Positions 38,721 through 59,097 are shown, counted from the stretch's first letter. The stretch: DNA of 64,000 bases from the human T2T-CHM13v2.0 reference genome, Homo sapiens (GCF_009914755.1 NC_060946.1); one strand, 5' to 3'. Numbers and translations: made by a program. The notes: generated from the letters alone by a model not told the origin.

Positions 38721-39640
38721 ATAAAAGAAAAGACAGCTGGGCCCGGGGGACCACTACCACCAATGCGCGGAGACCGGTAGTGGCCCTGAATGTCTGGCTG
38801 CGCTGTTATTTATTGGATACAAAGCAAAAGGGGCAGGGTAAAGAGTGTGACTCATCTCCAATGATAGGTAAGGTCACGTGGGTCCCGTGTCCACTGGACA
38901 GGGGTCCCTTCCCTGCCTGGCAGCTGAGGCAGAGAGAGAGAGGAGACAAAGAGAAAGACAGCTTACGCCATTATTTCTGCATATCAGAGACTTTTAGTAC
39001 TTTCAATAATTTACTACTGCTATCTAGAAGGCAGAGCCAGGTGTACAGGATGGAACATGAAGGTGGACTAGGAGCGTGACCACTGAAGCACAGCATCACA
39101 GGGAGACAGTTAGGCCTCCAGATAACTGTGGGCGAGCCTGACTGATGCCAGGCCCTCCACAAGAGGTGGAAGAGCAGAGTCTTCTCTAAACTCCCCCAGG
39201 GAAAGGGAGACTCTCTTTCCTCGTCTGCTAAGTAGCGGGTGTTGTTCCTTGACACTTTTTGCTACCGCTAGACCACGGTCCGCCTGGCAATGGGCGTCTT
39301 CCCAGATGTTGGTGTCACCGCTAGACCAAGGAGCCCTCTGATGGCCCTGTCCAGGCATAACAGAAGGCTCGCACTCCTGTCTTCTGGTCACTTCTCGCTA
39401 CGTCCCCTCAGCTCCTATCTCTGTATGGCCTGGTTTTTCCTAGGTTATGATTGTAGAGTGAGGATTATTATAATATTGGAATAAAGAGTAATTGCTACAA
39501 ATAATGATTAATGATATTCATATATAATCATATCTAAGATCTATATCTGGTATAACTATTCTTGTTTTATATTTTATTATACTGGAACAGCTCGTGTCCT
39601 CAGTCTCTTGCCTCAGCACCTGGGTGGTTTGCCACCCACA
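38635..39640 (-). mobile_element. Solo LTR13-family LTR (HERV-K/HML-4 group), full length, about 1.0 kb
   Basis: Minus strand begins TGTGGGTGGCAAACCACCCAGGTGCTGAGGCAAGAGAC and ends GGGGCTGGTCCCTGCA; perfect 6-bp TSD ATTTTC at 38629-38634 and 39641-39646. Confidence 0.88.
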
Positions 39641-40454
39641 ATTTTCCACATGCTTCTGGTCTGCGTTCTTTTTTTCTCCTTGCATCTTCTCATTCTCTGA
39701 TCACCCCAACCTCTCTCTGTCTTCCCTACTCTGCCAGCCTTGATGGAGACAAGCCCTTGAGACCAGAACTCACCTTTTCCCCAGGTGTGATAATCTATTA
39801 GCAAGGTCAGTGTAATATGACTGACGGTGAAACGTGTATTTTTTTCTATTTATGCATTTGAGTACAGTACGTACAAGAAAAATAATGGTGTGCTCAAACT
39901 GTTAAATGTTGGAAAAGAAAGATACAACCCTTACCCATATTGTGTAAGTGCCCTGGAGTAGAAGAACCAGCAAGCTCAGACAAAGCACTTGACTGAGAAG
40001 ACAGACCCTTTAAAGGAAACGGGTTCTAGGGACAAACTCTACGTGGGCCTGTTCTCTTGATAAGACCGTGAACTCTTTGAGAAAAGAGGCTACTTGTGAA
40101 AATAATGAGCCCCCTTCGGGGCAGGAGTTCCGGGGTTTGAACCTGCCTTCTTACATCTTGAGGGCTAAGTGAGTTCCCAAGGCCTCTGTTCAGTGGTTGC
40201 TCCGTCAGTGAGCTCAGGTCTGGTGAGTGGCAGGGTCTTCCACCCCCAACCCCACCGGGTGTCAGAGCAAGACACTGTCCCCCATGGAGCTGGAATGGGG
40301 TGGAGGAGCCCACATCTGGCACCCACGTGGCCTCCTTGTGACGGACCCACCCTTGCAATGTTGGAAAGGAAAGTTACAAGTTTCTTTTCCCAAGTTTCCC
40401 AGTAGGCTTTGTTCTGTTAGCTTCACGCCTTCGGTCATTAGCAGACATAAATAA

Positions 40455-44225
<3,771 letters not shown>

Positions 44226-44804
44226 TGGATTGTATTAAGGAAACTAGCTTAGTCACTAAACTGCACTTCTACTTCTGATTGGACAAGATTGGCACTTTGT
44301 AAACCAGGTTTTCTGGGATGCTGGTTTCCTTGAAGATGTTTCTAGCTGGTATTATCATATAGGATAGGCTGAGTTATGCTGCATTAACAAGCAAAACCCA
44401 AAAGGTTTATTTCTCATTCGTGCTGTATGTCCAGCAAATGTGGCTGGGCTTCATTTTAAGTCGTCCTCACTCCCAGACCCAGCCTGTAGGTGCCCCACCA
44501 CTGGGGGATCGCTGATTGCCATGGCATGGTTAGAGAAATATGGTTCTTAAAGGTTCTCATCCAGAGTGGCACATCTCTCTTCTGCTCACAATGTGTTGAC
44601 CAAAGCAAGTCACATGGATGGGAGCAGGGAGATGCAATCCTCTCTTGTGCCCAAAAGAGGAGCACAAGAAATACTGTTGAATAGCATTGCCAGAGGCCAC
44701 AGAAAAATCTCCAAAACCAAAAATCTCTATGACCCAATAAATTCAAGAAATACTGGGTTAAAGAGAAGGAAACCAGTATATGCACTGTGAGACTTCTCAG
44801 TCTT

Positions 44805-45192
44805 TATTATATACATTGTAACCATCACAGACAGCCTTTAATATATACATCTTAACTATCACAGACAGCCTTCAGTATATTATATACATTATAACCATCA
44901 CAGACAGCCTTCAATATATTATATACATTATAACCATCACAGACAGCCTTTAATATATACATTATAACTATCACAGCCTTTAATATATTATGTACATTGT
45001 AACTATCACAGCCTTTAATATATTATATACATTGTAACTACCACCGCCTTTAATATAGTATACCCATTGTAACTATCACAGCCTTTAATATACACATTGT
45101 TAACTACCACAGACAGCCTTTAATATATTATATACATTGTAACTATCACAGATAGCCTTTAATATATACATTGTAACTATCGCAGACAGCCC
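44805..45192. repeat. AT-rich minisatellite, 11 units of about 30-39 bp
   Basis: Consensus TATACATTGTAACTATCAC(AGAC)AGCCTTTAATA(TATTA). Confidence 0.95.
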
Positions 45193-45959
45193 TTTGTTTG
45201 AGGGTAAAGCATGTGACTTTGTTTTCCTCCTGTTCCCTCTGCCATCCTCCAGGGCCTCACACACAATAGGCTCTCAAATATTGCAACCATCTTGCACTCT
45301 GCAGGGCAACCTCATGGCTTATCCTTTACAAGTGGCATACTCAGAAGAATAACGAGGAAGAAAGTGTAAGAAAAGAGGGCTGTTTGGGCAAAGAAAATCT
45401 GGTTGATTCGATGTTTACAGAGTGCCAGGCCCCATGCTTGATCTCATGAGGTCCTCAGACCTTATGCCTTAGGCTATCATTTCCATTTTACAGATAAGGA
45501 ATTGAGGCTCAGGGAACTGAGAGTGAGGGAAGGGCAGGGGCCTGGCTGGTGCTGGGTTCTGTCTCTTTCCAGGCAAGAAGGGACATGTGGACTTGAATAT
45601 TTAGCTCAGGGATGTTGGAGGCCTAGGGTGCTGCTATTTAAATGGAAAGGGTGTCAGGGTTTCTGGGAGGGAGTAAGGGGAGAGAAGAAAAGATGCTTCT
45701 GTTATCAGAAGGGAGTGGCAACGTGACAGGATACTGAAGCTTCCTCTTTTCTTATTCTGTCTCGTTTCTTTCAATATACTTATCACAATGTGTGGCTGAT
45801 ATTTATTATGCCTTTTTCTTTTCTATTCTCTTTTCTTTTTTGGGGCAGGGGAGCTGTTTTGCCACCAAAACCTAAGCCCATGGCCGTCTTCTTCACCGAT
45901 ATGACTGGTTCTCATGCAAGCACCTAGATGGCCCTCGCCCATAATTACTGGCTGCAGTT

Positions 45960-47000
45960 GAGTGAATAGCGGTCATTATCTAGCGCCCACCGTGTGCCCG
46001 GCCCGGTGCCGGGAGCTTTGCTTTCCGTCTCTCACATTAGGCCCTTTTAATCCAACCCCCAAGAAGGAGACACGACCATCGTCTTCATTTTGACGATTTT
46101 GAGTGGGGGTTCCAATGACTTGAACGAAAGGAGCCAGGGCACCAATCCGGGTTTGTGTAGCAGATGCCGGTGAGACCCGACTACTGCAGCTCGGGGGTGG
46201 CCGGACCCGGGGTCTCCCCGCTGAGTCTCGGGGCTTCACCGGCGCGTGGGCACAAGCACAGCACCCTCGGGTCGGGGGTGCTAGGAGGGCTAAGAGCAGC
46301 AGGACTTGAGTGACACCCAACAGCTGGTCTGATCTCTTTCAGGCGCCAACGCCAGACGCCAGCCTCCCAGCGGACCCTCTCGCAGACCCACCTTCACCCC
46401 ACGCGCCCTCCCCACACAGTCCACGCGCCAGCAGCTTCGCGGATGTCAGTGAACGCTCTTCGCTTGCGCAGTCAGAACGTCCTCCGCGGCCGTGTGAACA
46501 TCCGGGTCACAGGCGCATAAGGACCAATGAGCGAAGGCATCGCGAGCCAGGGGGCGCGGAGAAGGCGGGGAATCATGGCCGCCCCCAGTGTTCCGCGTCC
46601 GGGGGTTTGTGGGAGTTGCCTTGACCTGCAGCTCCGCCACCGCGGACCCGCCTTCTGCCCTCAGCAGCAGACGCTCTGTCCCGCCCGGGCAGCTCTGCGA
46701 GGCAGCGGCTGGAGAGGGAACCATGGGGACTGTGCACGCCCGGGTAAGAGGCCCAGCGACCCGCGGGCTGCGAGGCCTCTGGGCCAGCAGGGCAGACGGG
46801 CGCCGCGGGGAGACGCTCTCGTGGCTGCGCCCAGGGTTCACCGGGAGAGAGGGTGCCAAGGGTGCCGGGCTGGGTGGAGGAGGCCGAAAAGAGGTCGCCT
46901 CGGGCCAGCGAGTCTTGCAGACCTTCGAGCAGGAACCTGATAGGAGGGACGAGACTTGGCTAAAGGTCACTCGGCGAGTCCGTGGCCCAAAGGACTTGCC
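45960..47000 (+). promoter_or_regulatory. SAMM50: SAMM50 CpG-island promoter (CCAAT about 46524; SRE-like TCACCCCAC 46394-46402; YY1-like ATCATGGCCGCC about 46572)
   Basis: CpG-rich region spanning exon 1; motifs read directly. Confidence 0.8.
46723..46743 (+). CDS. SAMM50: SAMM50 coding exon 1 (MGTVHAR)
   Basis: ACCATGG Kozak; CGG|gtaaga donor; matches the Sam50 N-terminus. Confidence 0.96.
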
Positions 47001-47651
47001 AACTTTCTGTGATGTCTTAGACCGCAGTGAATGTGCTCTTTCTTTGCATGATTTTAAGTTTTCTCTCTTTACTGGTCACTTCCAGCCTTTCCCCGCTCAG
47101 CCGCTGCTGGAGCCATTGTAGGCTCCTAGAGCAACAAGAATCCTTTGAAGTCTTCTAACTCAAACCTATCTAGGGGTCCTCTTTTCTCCTGTCTACCGTG
47201 CAAAAGACGGAACCGCTCTCTGCCTTACTTCCTGTTTTAAAGTGGAGGTAGTAATAGTACCTACCTCGCCTGGCTTAAAAGAGAATTAAAAGACAATGCA
47301 TGTGAATACTTGGGTGCCTGGCGCCTGACTAACTGTACTGGTTGCCAAACTCCTCTCGTTTATCCTAATCTTAAATAAGGGCCAGATAATGAGTTACTTC
47401 TCCAAGGTCACATAGTTACTGGTTCCAAATGGCCTAAAACCTCAGATTTCCTGAGTCTCAGCCCCAACACTACTTTTCTACTGCAACTTTGATTGCTTCA
47501 CTTGACCTGCATAGACGTTTTCAGTAGTTCCCCATTAACTTCCAAAAAAATTTAGCACAGAAGTCGCAGCCTGACATCGATAATTGGACTTAACTTCCCT
47601 TTATATGTCTTTCATTCAGATCAAACACCGTTTCTCTTCTGACATCTCTTT

Positions 47652-49238
<1,587 letters not shown>

Positions 49239-49444
49239 TTGGACCGCACTATTGCACTTCATTCCCCCTCCCATCATCCATCTTTAGCATCAAAATATTC
49301 CCATCTTTTAGAACTCCGTTCTGAAAGTTCTTTATCCCCTGCATTTGGATGGGCTTCGCCTTTCCGTGCCATTTCTTTTGGTGCCATTTACATTTTGGCT
49401 TGTTTTGGGTCTGTTTGCATTTTCGTCTTATCCTTTGATCCTAA

Positions 49445-49861
<417 letters not shown>

Positions 49862-50647
49862 TGATCCACCCGCCTCAGCCTCCCAAAGTGCGGGGATTAC
49901 AGGCATGAGCCATTGCGCCTAGCCTGTGGAGCTCTTTTTACATTAAAATTGCTGCTGCTTTGATGAGTGTTTTGAGAAAAAAACGTTTTCAGTTCTTTTA
50001 TTTGACTTTTTCATCCCACTAGCCAGTGTCTTTCAGACTTTTTGATCAAGACTCAAACAGTAAGAAAACATTTGCCATTTACCACCTAGTACTCATGCTT
50101 ATGTCAAACAAAATTTTGTGCAATAATACTTAATATGTGTTATGTATTGTTATATTTTCAGTTTTCTTTTTTTTTTTTTTTTTGAGATGGAGTCTTGCTC
50201 TGTCTCCCAGGCTGGAGTGCAGTGGCGTGATCTTGGCTCACTGCAACTTCTGCCTCCTGGGTTCAAGCGATTCTCCTACCTCAGCCCCCTGAGTGGCTGG
50301 GATTACAGACAGGTGCCACCACACCCAGCTAACTTTTGTATTTTTACCTGAGATGGGGTTTCACCATGTTGTCCAGGCTGGTCCTGAACTCCTGATCTCA
50401 GGTGATCTGCCTGCCTCAGCCTCCTGAAGTGTTGGGATTACAGGTGTGAGCCACTGTGCCCAGCCTGTTGTTATATTTTCTCTTGGATTCTAGTCTGTCT
50501 CACTTTAAAGATGCTGTTCATAACTCATTCATTTCATGTCCCATACCCGCTGCCTTGCACATGGTGCTCAATACACACTTATTGACTGACTGGTAGACCG
50601 ATCTGCTTAAAGGTTAAAGGCTACATCCAAATATTTATTTTATTTTT

Positions 50648-50654
<7 letters not shown>

Positions 50655-50696
<42 letters not shown>
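50655..50696. repeat. (AC)21 microsatellite
   Basis: Read directly. Confidence 0.97.
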
Positions 50697-50698
<2 letters not shown>

Positions 50699-51604
50699 TT
50701 TAATAGAAACAGGGTCTCACTATGTTGCCCAGGCTGGTCTCAAACTCCTGGGCTCAAGTGATCCTCCTGCCTTGGCCTCTCAAAGTGCCAGTGCTAGGTA
50801 CAGACATGAGCTACTGTGCCTAGCCCAAATATATATTTTAGCGCATTTTACCAAACACTCACCCCATGCCTATTATTCTAGGCATAGAATTTATGGGATG
50901 TACATTCTATGAGGGTGAGGTTCTTATAAGTGCTTGTCACACAGTAGGATCTTAATATTTGGTGAATGAATGAATATTAGTAACACAGTTACTAATATTT
51001 TGATTAAAGTATATTTACAGGGTATTAATCCTATAATGACTTTAGGGTTTAGAGATAATAGAAAAATAGATGTAAGATGTATGAATAGGTATAAGAGGTT
51101 GTAACTGTGAAACTTCAATGGTGTCATCTCTTGAAGTCTGGATTTTAGATTAAAGAATACGGATGGACCTGGAAGATCTTTGGTGAACCTTGTTTCATGC
51201 TTGGAGATTTTAGAAAGTGCAGTGGAATTTTTTCAGCGTAATGGGATATAAACCTTTGCCTAGATAAAGCATTTTTGCTAGGCATTCAGATTAAGATGAG
51301 TATGTGCACATAATCTTACTTTGTTCATATTTTTGAGAAATATAATAATTCCATTTTGAAAATACTGCACAACAAAATTGAAAGGATAGAGATGGGAAAT
51401 TATCCATTCTTTGCCTAACATGATCTTCCTTACCCACAAGGACCCGGTCTTGGTCACTGCTGTGAACCCAGCACCCAGCACACAGTGGACTTTCAGTACT
51501 TATTTGTTAAATGAAAGAACGGAAAAGTCGTTCATTCCCCATTCCACAAATATTTATTGAGTACTTCCGAGGTGCCAGGGCAGATAAAAATAAGAAACAG
51601 GTCA

Positions 51605-51934
<330 letters not shown>

Positions 51935-52600
51935 TCAAGAGGTGTCCCTGTGAGAGAGGAACCGATTCTCCCTAAAGAAGCCAGGAATGGCTTGCAGGAG
52001 ATGACATTAAGGTGGATCTTGAAGCTTCATAGGGGCAAGTTATTCTGGAAGAGGGGGCAAGGTATGCAAAAGCCTGAATGTGCGGGTGGAGCGGGTGGTG
52101 GAGATGGAAACTGGAGTAGCAGATGCAGGCCTTACGGCAGAGTTCCTTGTACCCTGCTAAGGAACCTAGATGGATGCTCTTCCTTTAGGTACTTCTGAGG
52201 ATCATCAGAGGCTTTTAGGGAAGGGCCTGGAAAGGGAATATGATACTGGCAGGTCAGTTACCTTTCCGGGGAAAAGTGGATAGTAGCCCAGAGGCCCCAC
52301 TGCTCCATATTTGCAGATGTTAAACACACACTTTAAAAGTGCCTAATTGTAGAGAATTCTTGGAGCAAGGAAATAGTCAGATATTGGTTCACATAGTTTT
52401 CTCCAAACTTGCTGATTTGTAAGAATCGCTTGGTGCCACACTAGACCTTCTGTGTCCATCTCTAAGAGGTGACTGGGAATCCTCGTGTGGTTAAGCATGT
52501 GTCCCAGAGACTTATGGTCAAGCAAACATAGGAACAAATAAGAATTGAATAAATAGTATATGTTAAATATGTAAGTATATATAATACAATGTATACATAA

Positions 52601-52836
<236 letters not shown>

Positions 52837-53187
52837 TAAAGTGATCTGACCTCCTTGGCCTCCCAAAGTTCTGGGATTACAGGTGTGAGTCATTGTGCCT
52901 GGCCTATTATTTTAAAATAGAGACGAGACTTCATTATGTTGCCTAGCATGATCTTGAACTCTTGGGCTCAAGCAATCCTCCCATCTGGGCCTCTCAGAGT
53001 GCTGGGATTACAGGTGTGACCCACCATACTTGACCTTTCTTTATGTTTTATTTTTACTATTATTACTATTTTTAGTAGAGATGAAGTCTCCTATATTGCC
53101 CAGGCTGGTCTCAAACTCCTAGGCTCAAGTGATTATGTGTGTGTGTGTGTGTCTGTGTGTGTGTGTTTATGTAATATTATGTTTATG

Positions 53188-53535
53188 TAGATGTTTCTCA
53201 ACTATAACCCAATAAACTCATCGTAAGTTGAAATGTAAGTTGAAAATGCATCTAATACACATATCCGACAGAACATCATAGCTTAGCCTAGCCTACTTTA
53301 AACGTGCTCACGACACTTACATTAGCCTACAGTTGGGCAAAATCATCTAACACAAAGCCTATTTTAGAATAAAGTGTTGAAGATCTCATGTAGTTTCTTG
53401 AGTACTGTAAGTGAAAATCAGAATGGCTGTGTGGGTGCTCGGAGTGCAGTTCCTCCTGAACGCATATCACTTTGGCATCATTGTAAAGTCAAAAAACTGT
53501 AAGTTGAAGCATTGTAAGTCAGAGACTGTCTGTCT
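53188..53535. mobile_element. Tigger3a/MER7A-type TcMar DNA transposon
   Basis: ATCGTAAGTTGAAA...AACATCATAGCTTAGCCTAGCCTAC...CATTAGCCTACAGTTGGGCAAAATCATCTAACACAAAGCCTATTTT. Confidence 0.8.
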
Positions 53536-54032
53536 TAACTATATGTAGATATATATAGAGAGATAGATAAATAGATAGATACAATGTCTTCCTGGAAATA
53601 TTAGATGAGACACAGCCTACAGAATGCTCATTCAGAAGTTGCTTTAATATTTTGAGGTAATATCAATTCAGATTATAGAAAGAGATGCTTTCGAGTCCAT
53701 TTTGTGAGCATATGCAGTTCCCTTTAATGTGAATGAGACTTTCTGAAATGAAAAAACCTGTCAGGGTCTACATAAAATGTTTTCTTAGTAATCTGGTTTG
53801 TCAAGGTAGCTATCCTAACATGTGTACAATTTTAATTCTAAAAATTAGGATGCTTTCTGTAACAACAGGAGAGCAAATTATTTTCCTTTTTTCCCCTGAT
53901 AAATGCCTTTGTGGCATTTTATTTTTAAATGATTTTTTAATTTCCATCGGGCCTCAGATGTCCAGAATTAGGTTGGTCATAATCCTTCATCCATGACATG
54001 TCATCATGGATTTGTGCGTGACCCTTTTGGTT

Positions 54033-54034
<2 letters not shown>

Positions 54035-54072
<38 letters not shown>
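54035..54072. repeat. T38 homopolymer (tail of an antisense Alu monomer)
   Basis: Read directly. Confidence 0.95.
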
Positions 54073-54075
<3 letters not shown>

Positions 54076-54443
54076 GATGGGGTCTTGCCGTGTTGTGCAG
54101 GCTAGTCTCAAGCTGCTAGCCTCAAGTGATCCTTTCTCCTTGGCCTCCCAGAGTGCTGGGATTACAGGCATGAGCCACCACACTCCCCCTGCCCTTCCCT
54201 GTTAATTAGTTTTTATATTTTATTTAGTGACCACCAGTGAGTTAACCACCAAGCCAAGAACTTGCTCATTAGCAGTAGCTGACGGCACCTTTTTACTCCC
54301 TGGTCCCTATTCCTGCCCCTACCTCTACTTGAAGGGAACAACTACTGAATTTTCTGCAGCACCATCTAAAGACAAAACTCAAAGGTAAGTGTGTGTATAT
54401 ATGTGACAAAGTCATTTATCTGTGGTCGCTCCCTCCCTTTCAG

Positions 54444-54554
54444 AGTTTGGAGCCTCTTCCATCAAGTGGACCTGATTTTGGAGGATTAGGAGAAGAAGCT
54501 GAATTTGTTGAAGTTGAGCCTGAAGCTAAACAGGAAATTCTTGAAAACAAAGAT
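54444..54554 (+). CDS. SAMM50: SAMM50 coding exon 2
   Basis: tttcag|AGT TTG GAG...AAA GAT|gtgagt; [37 protein letters not shown]; 111 nt. Confidence 0.98.
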
Positions 54555-55014
54555 GTGAGTTTTCTGTTGAAGGTCTTGATAGAATTGTTAGTGGAAACAT
54601 TCACTTCCATACACCACTAGGGAGATGTAAAGGAATTAACCTGTTTCCGTGCCTTTATCAAAGAAGAGTTTGTAACCACCTACAACTAGAAAAACTGATG
54701 ACTCTTAGAAAAACAGTTTCTATTTTTAAAGAAGTCGCTCTTCCTTGGTGATTTTTATGTGGGAGGTTTAGACAAACACACTTTTGTATTTATGACAAAA
54801 ACCAAAAATATATCAAGGACAAACTCAAACTATACTTAAATTTATATTTCCATTCCCTACTCCCAGAAAAAAGACTGTGGGTCTCAAATGAAACTTTTCC
54901 TAAATTTATTACCTTTGAAATTTGAATATGCTTTTCCAGTTCTTGAAGAGTTTACTCTCTAGCGAGACTGAGAGGTGAGGGCCAGTTTGAGTCAGCATTT
55001 ATTGTGCCACCTGA

Positions 55015-55306
<292 letters not shown>

Positions 55307-55609
55307 TAGGAAGGACAGAGGGGTTGTCTGTGGCCTGCTCGGGTTTAGGGCTCACCTGGTCCTGGGTCATCTGGCTGGAGAGGATTTGTAGCTCTTGTTC
55401 ACAGAAAGTACATAACGAGCAAAGGGGAAGTCACAGTGACTGGTTTTTTGAAAAAATGTGAAAGATAGTAAAGTCCAGAGGTAAGAAGTGTGGATTATTA
55501 AACTTGAAGAAAACCTTGACATTAATTAAACCTTGACATTGTCTTTAGTCTTGACACCTAATCTGTTTGCCTCATGTCATCCCTAATACTGTCCCTGTGT
55601 GACTTTTAG

Positions 55610-55711
55610 GTGGTTGTTCAACATGTTCATTTTGATGGACTTGGAAGGACTAAAGATGATATCATCATTTGTGAAATTGGAGATGTTTTCAAGGCCAAAA
55701 ACCTAATTGAG
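55610..55711 (+). CDS. SAMM50: SAMM50 coding exon 3 (start of POTRA domain)
   Basis: tttag|GTG GTT GTT CAA...ATT GAG|gtaggt; [34 protein letters not shown]; 102 nt. Confidence 0.98.
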
Positions 55712-56389
55712 GTAGGTGTGGTCTCTACATGGTGTGCTTTCCCAGTCTCTTCTGAAGAACTCGTAAATGTCCCCATGTGAAACCACAGAGCACCCTGCGC
55801 CCGGCCTCTGTGCCGGAGATCTGCCTCCTACCCCACAGGGAGCCTTGGCACCCCCAAGCTGAACCCCCCGAATTCCTGTGGTGCCTCCTACAAACTCCAT
55901 GTATTCGCATTTGCCTTTTCCTCCTGTCTCTTATCCTGGAGAAAGAAGTGTCTGTCCTCTTGCGTTCCTCATAACTCTCCCAGCGCCGTAATGCGAGCCA
56001 GTGGGGTTAGTGCACAGCCGTTCCCAGGCACCGCGCTGAGTTCCTGAGAGTGTACTCTCCCTTGCCAACCCCGTGGGGTGGGCGCTTATCTGGGACACAC
56101 TCCCTGTCTCCTCAGGGCCCTGGCTCTGTCTGTGGAGCAGTCTCCTTCCTGCACTGCACCCCGTTTCTCATCTCCACTGTGGGTGGTTTCCTCTGCCTTT
56201 CTGCCCGTGGGACCATATTGAACATGCCCAGACAGAGGTCACCAGCAACTTCTTTGTGGCCGGGTCCAGCTGGCTCCTTTGTCTTCATTTCACTTGACCT
56301 TGCAGCAGCAGCAGTGTTTGGCACTGTGGACCATTCCCACTTAAAAAAAAAAAAAAAAAAAGAATCTTTTTTCAATTTTTTTTAGATAG

Positions 56390-56545
<156 letters not shown>

Positions 56546-56986
56546 TAGTAGAGATGGGGCTTTGTCATGTTGGCCAGGCTGGTCTTCAACTCTTGGCCTC
56601 AAGTGATCCACCTGCCTCGGCCTGCCAAAATGCTGAGATTACAGCCATGAGCCACCGTGCCTGCCCAAATTTGTATTTTTAAAAAATTAAAGTAACATGT
56701 AAGCACAGTAAGAAGGAAGCATAGAAAATCAAATGGTACAGAAGGGTATTGAAATGAAAAGGACAATTTTCCCTACCCCGGCCAATCCCAGTCTGCTCTC
56801 CAGAGGTAACGTGGCTGACAGTTTCCTAGATATGTTGTACGAGTGTATAAACATGTATGTTCCTTAAACAGTAATGCCATTCTCTACATTTTTTTTTTCT
56901 TTTCTGACATAAATTATGGAGATCTTTTCACATCAGTACATACCAGTCTGTTGGCTGTGTGGTACCTCGTTGTACACACTTTCTAA

Positions 56987-57169
<183 letters not shown>

Positions 57170-57536
57170 TAAAGTTTTTCTGTAGAGACGGGGTTTTGCC
57201 ATGTTGTCCAGGCTGATCTGGAACTCCTGGCACAAGGGGTCCTCCCAACTTGGCCTTCCAAAGTGCTGGGATTACAGCATGAGCCACCTCACCTGGCCCT
57301 CTACATTTTATTATAAACAGTTCTCCATTGATGGGCATTTAAATTAATTTTCACTCTTACAAACAATGCTGTACTAAACATCTTAGTGTGTCTTTGTGTA
57401 CATTGACTGTGTTTTAGGATAAATTCCTGGAAGTGGGATTCCTGGGTCAAAGTGTGCGCACTCTGCAGTGTTCACTGATGCAGCCGTATTGCTCTGCAAA
57501 GAGATTGCACAAGTCCACTGTCTTTTTTTTTTTTGA

Positions 57537-57641
<105 letters not shown>

Positions 57642-59097
57642 TGAGTAGCTGGGATTACAGGTGCACACCACCACACCCAGCTAATTTTTTGTATTGTTAG
57701 TAGAGATGGGGTTTCACCATGGCCAGGCTCGATTTGAACTCCTGACCTCAGGTAATCCACCTGCCTCGGCCTGCCAGAGTGCTGGGATTACAGGTGTGAG
57801 CCACTGCACCCAGCCCACAAGTCCACTCTCTTACAGCAGTCCATGAGACGGTCTCTTTCCCAAAATTGGGTTTTATCACAATTTTTAAATTCTTGCCATC
57901 TTGTTAGAAGAAAAATGCCATCTCATTGTTTTAAATTGTATTTATTTAATTATGAATGAGATCCAGCATTTTTTTTTTTTCTGTTTAGTGTTCATTCATA
58001 TCTCTCTTGTGAATTAACTTGGTGTCTTCTGTCTTCCATTGGGTCATTTGGCTTTTGTTGATTTGCAATAGCTCTTTGCATATTGAAGAAATGATCGCTT
58101 TGTAGCCTCAGCTGAATGCACCTGTCCTGCTTTGTTATTTGCCTTTGAATGTGTCTGTCCCTCTTCTTGCGCTTGCCTCTTCCCTGGGCTTTGGTGACCA
58201 TTTTCCTGGGTTGCTTTTTCTGTCTCATCACAGTCATTCTCAGGCTCTGTTGTCAGCTCCTTTTCCCTGTGAGCATCCTTAAGTGTTGCTTTTCCACAAG
58301 GATCAGTCTCCTGGGTCATCTCATCCACATCCCAGGTTTCAGTTACAGCCTGAATGCGGAGGGCTCCCCATGCTGTCTTTCTAGCCAGCTCCTCTGTGTT
58401 GAGCTGTAGCCCTGACTATGCAACTGCCGACTCATCGTTTCCTCATGGCATTGCCACAGCCGTCTCCAGCTCCATGGGGCTGAGACCTGAAGTCATCCCT
58501 TTTCCATCTGTCTGCTCTGCCTGTCTTCCCATCTCTATTCCTGACTTCTCTAATGGTGTTCAGCGCTAGCCCAGTGCTAAGCGCCGAGCTGCAGTTTCAG
58601 TAGCTTCTTTCTTAGCCTCTTTCTTCTTCTCATGCACTCTACCTAGGCAGTGGCAGTGTCCTCTGACCCCTGCCTGTGAAATGTCTCCAGGGTCTGTCCT
58701 CCCCTCCAATACCATGGCCTGCACTGGGCCTGCCTTCACCCTAGCCCCTGAGGCTGTTGCCAGAGCACCCCCTGCATCCTTCACCTGCAGGCTTCTCCCA
58801 TCTGGGCAGAATACCGCATTCGTCTGTGTGATCCGTTCTTTCTCACAAGGAAATGTGATCCTTTCTGTCTCCTGCTGACAGTTCTACAGTGACTCCCTTT
58901 CCACCTGCAGGGTGGAATCTCAACTTTCCTTATCACACGAGGGCCTTTCCTTCTCTGTGTCCTCAGCACTTGCTGCCTTACCTTCCTTCTACCTGTCCTT
59001 CCAATAAGAATGGACTCCGTGCATCAGAAGGAACTGCTGTTGACAACAAAGAAAGGACACAAAGTTGAACATTTCTAACAGTGGTTAGAGATGGTTA

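Noticed and set aside
38534-39079. 181-aa ORF in the LTR region as a retroviral gene
   Set aside because: Lies antisense within a solo LTR bounded by a TSD; no gag/pol/env sequence present.
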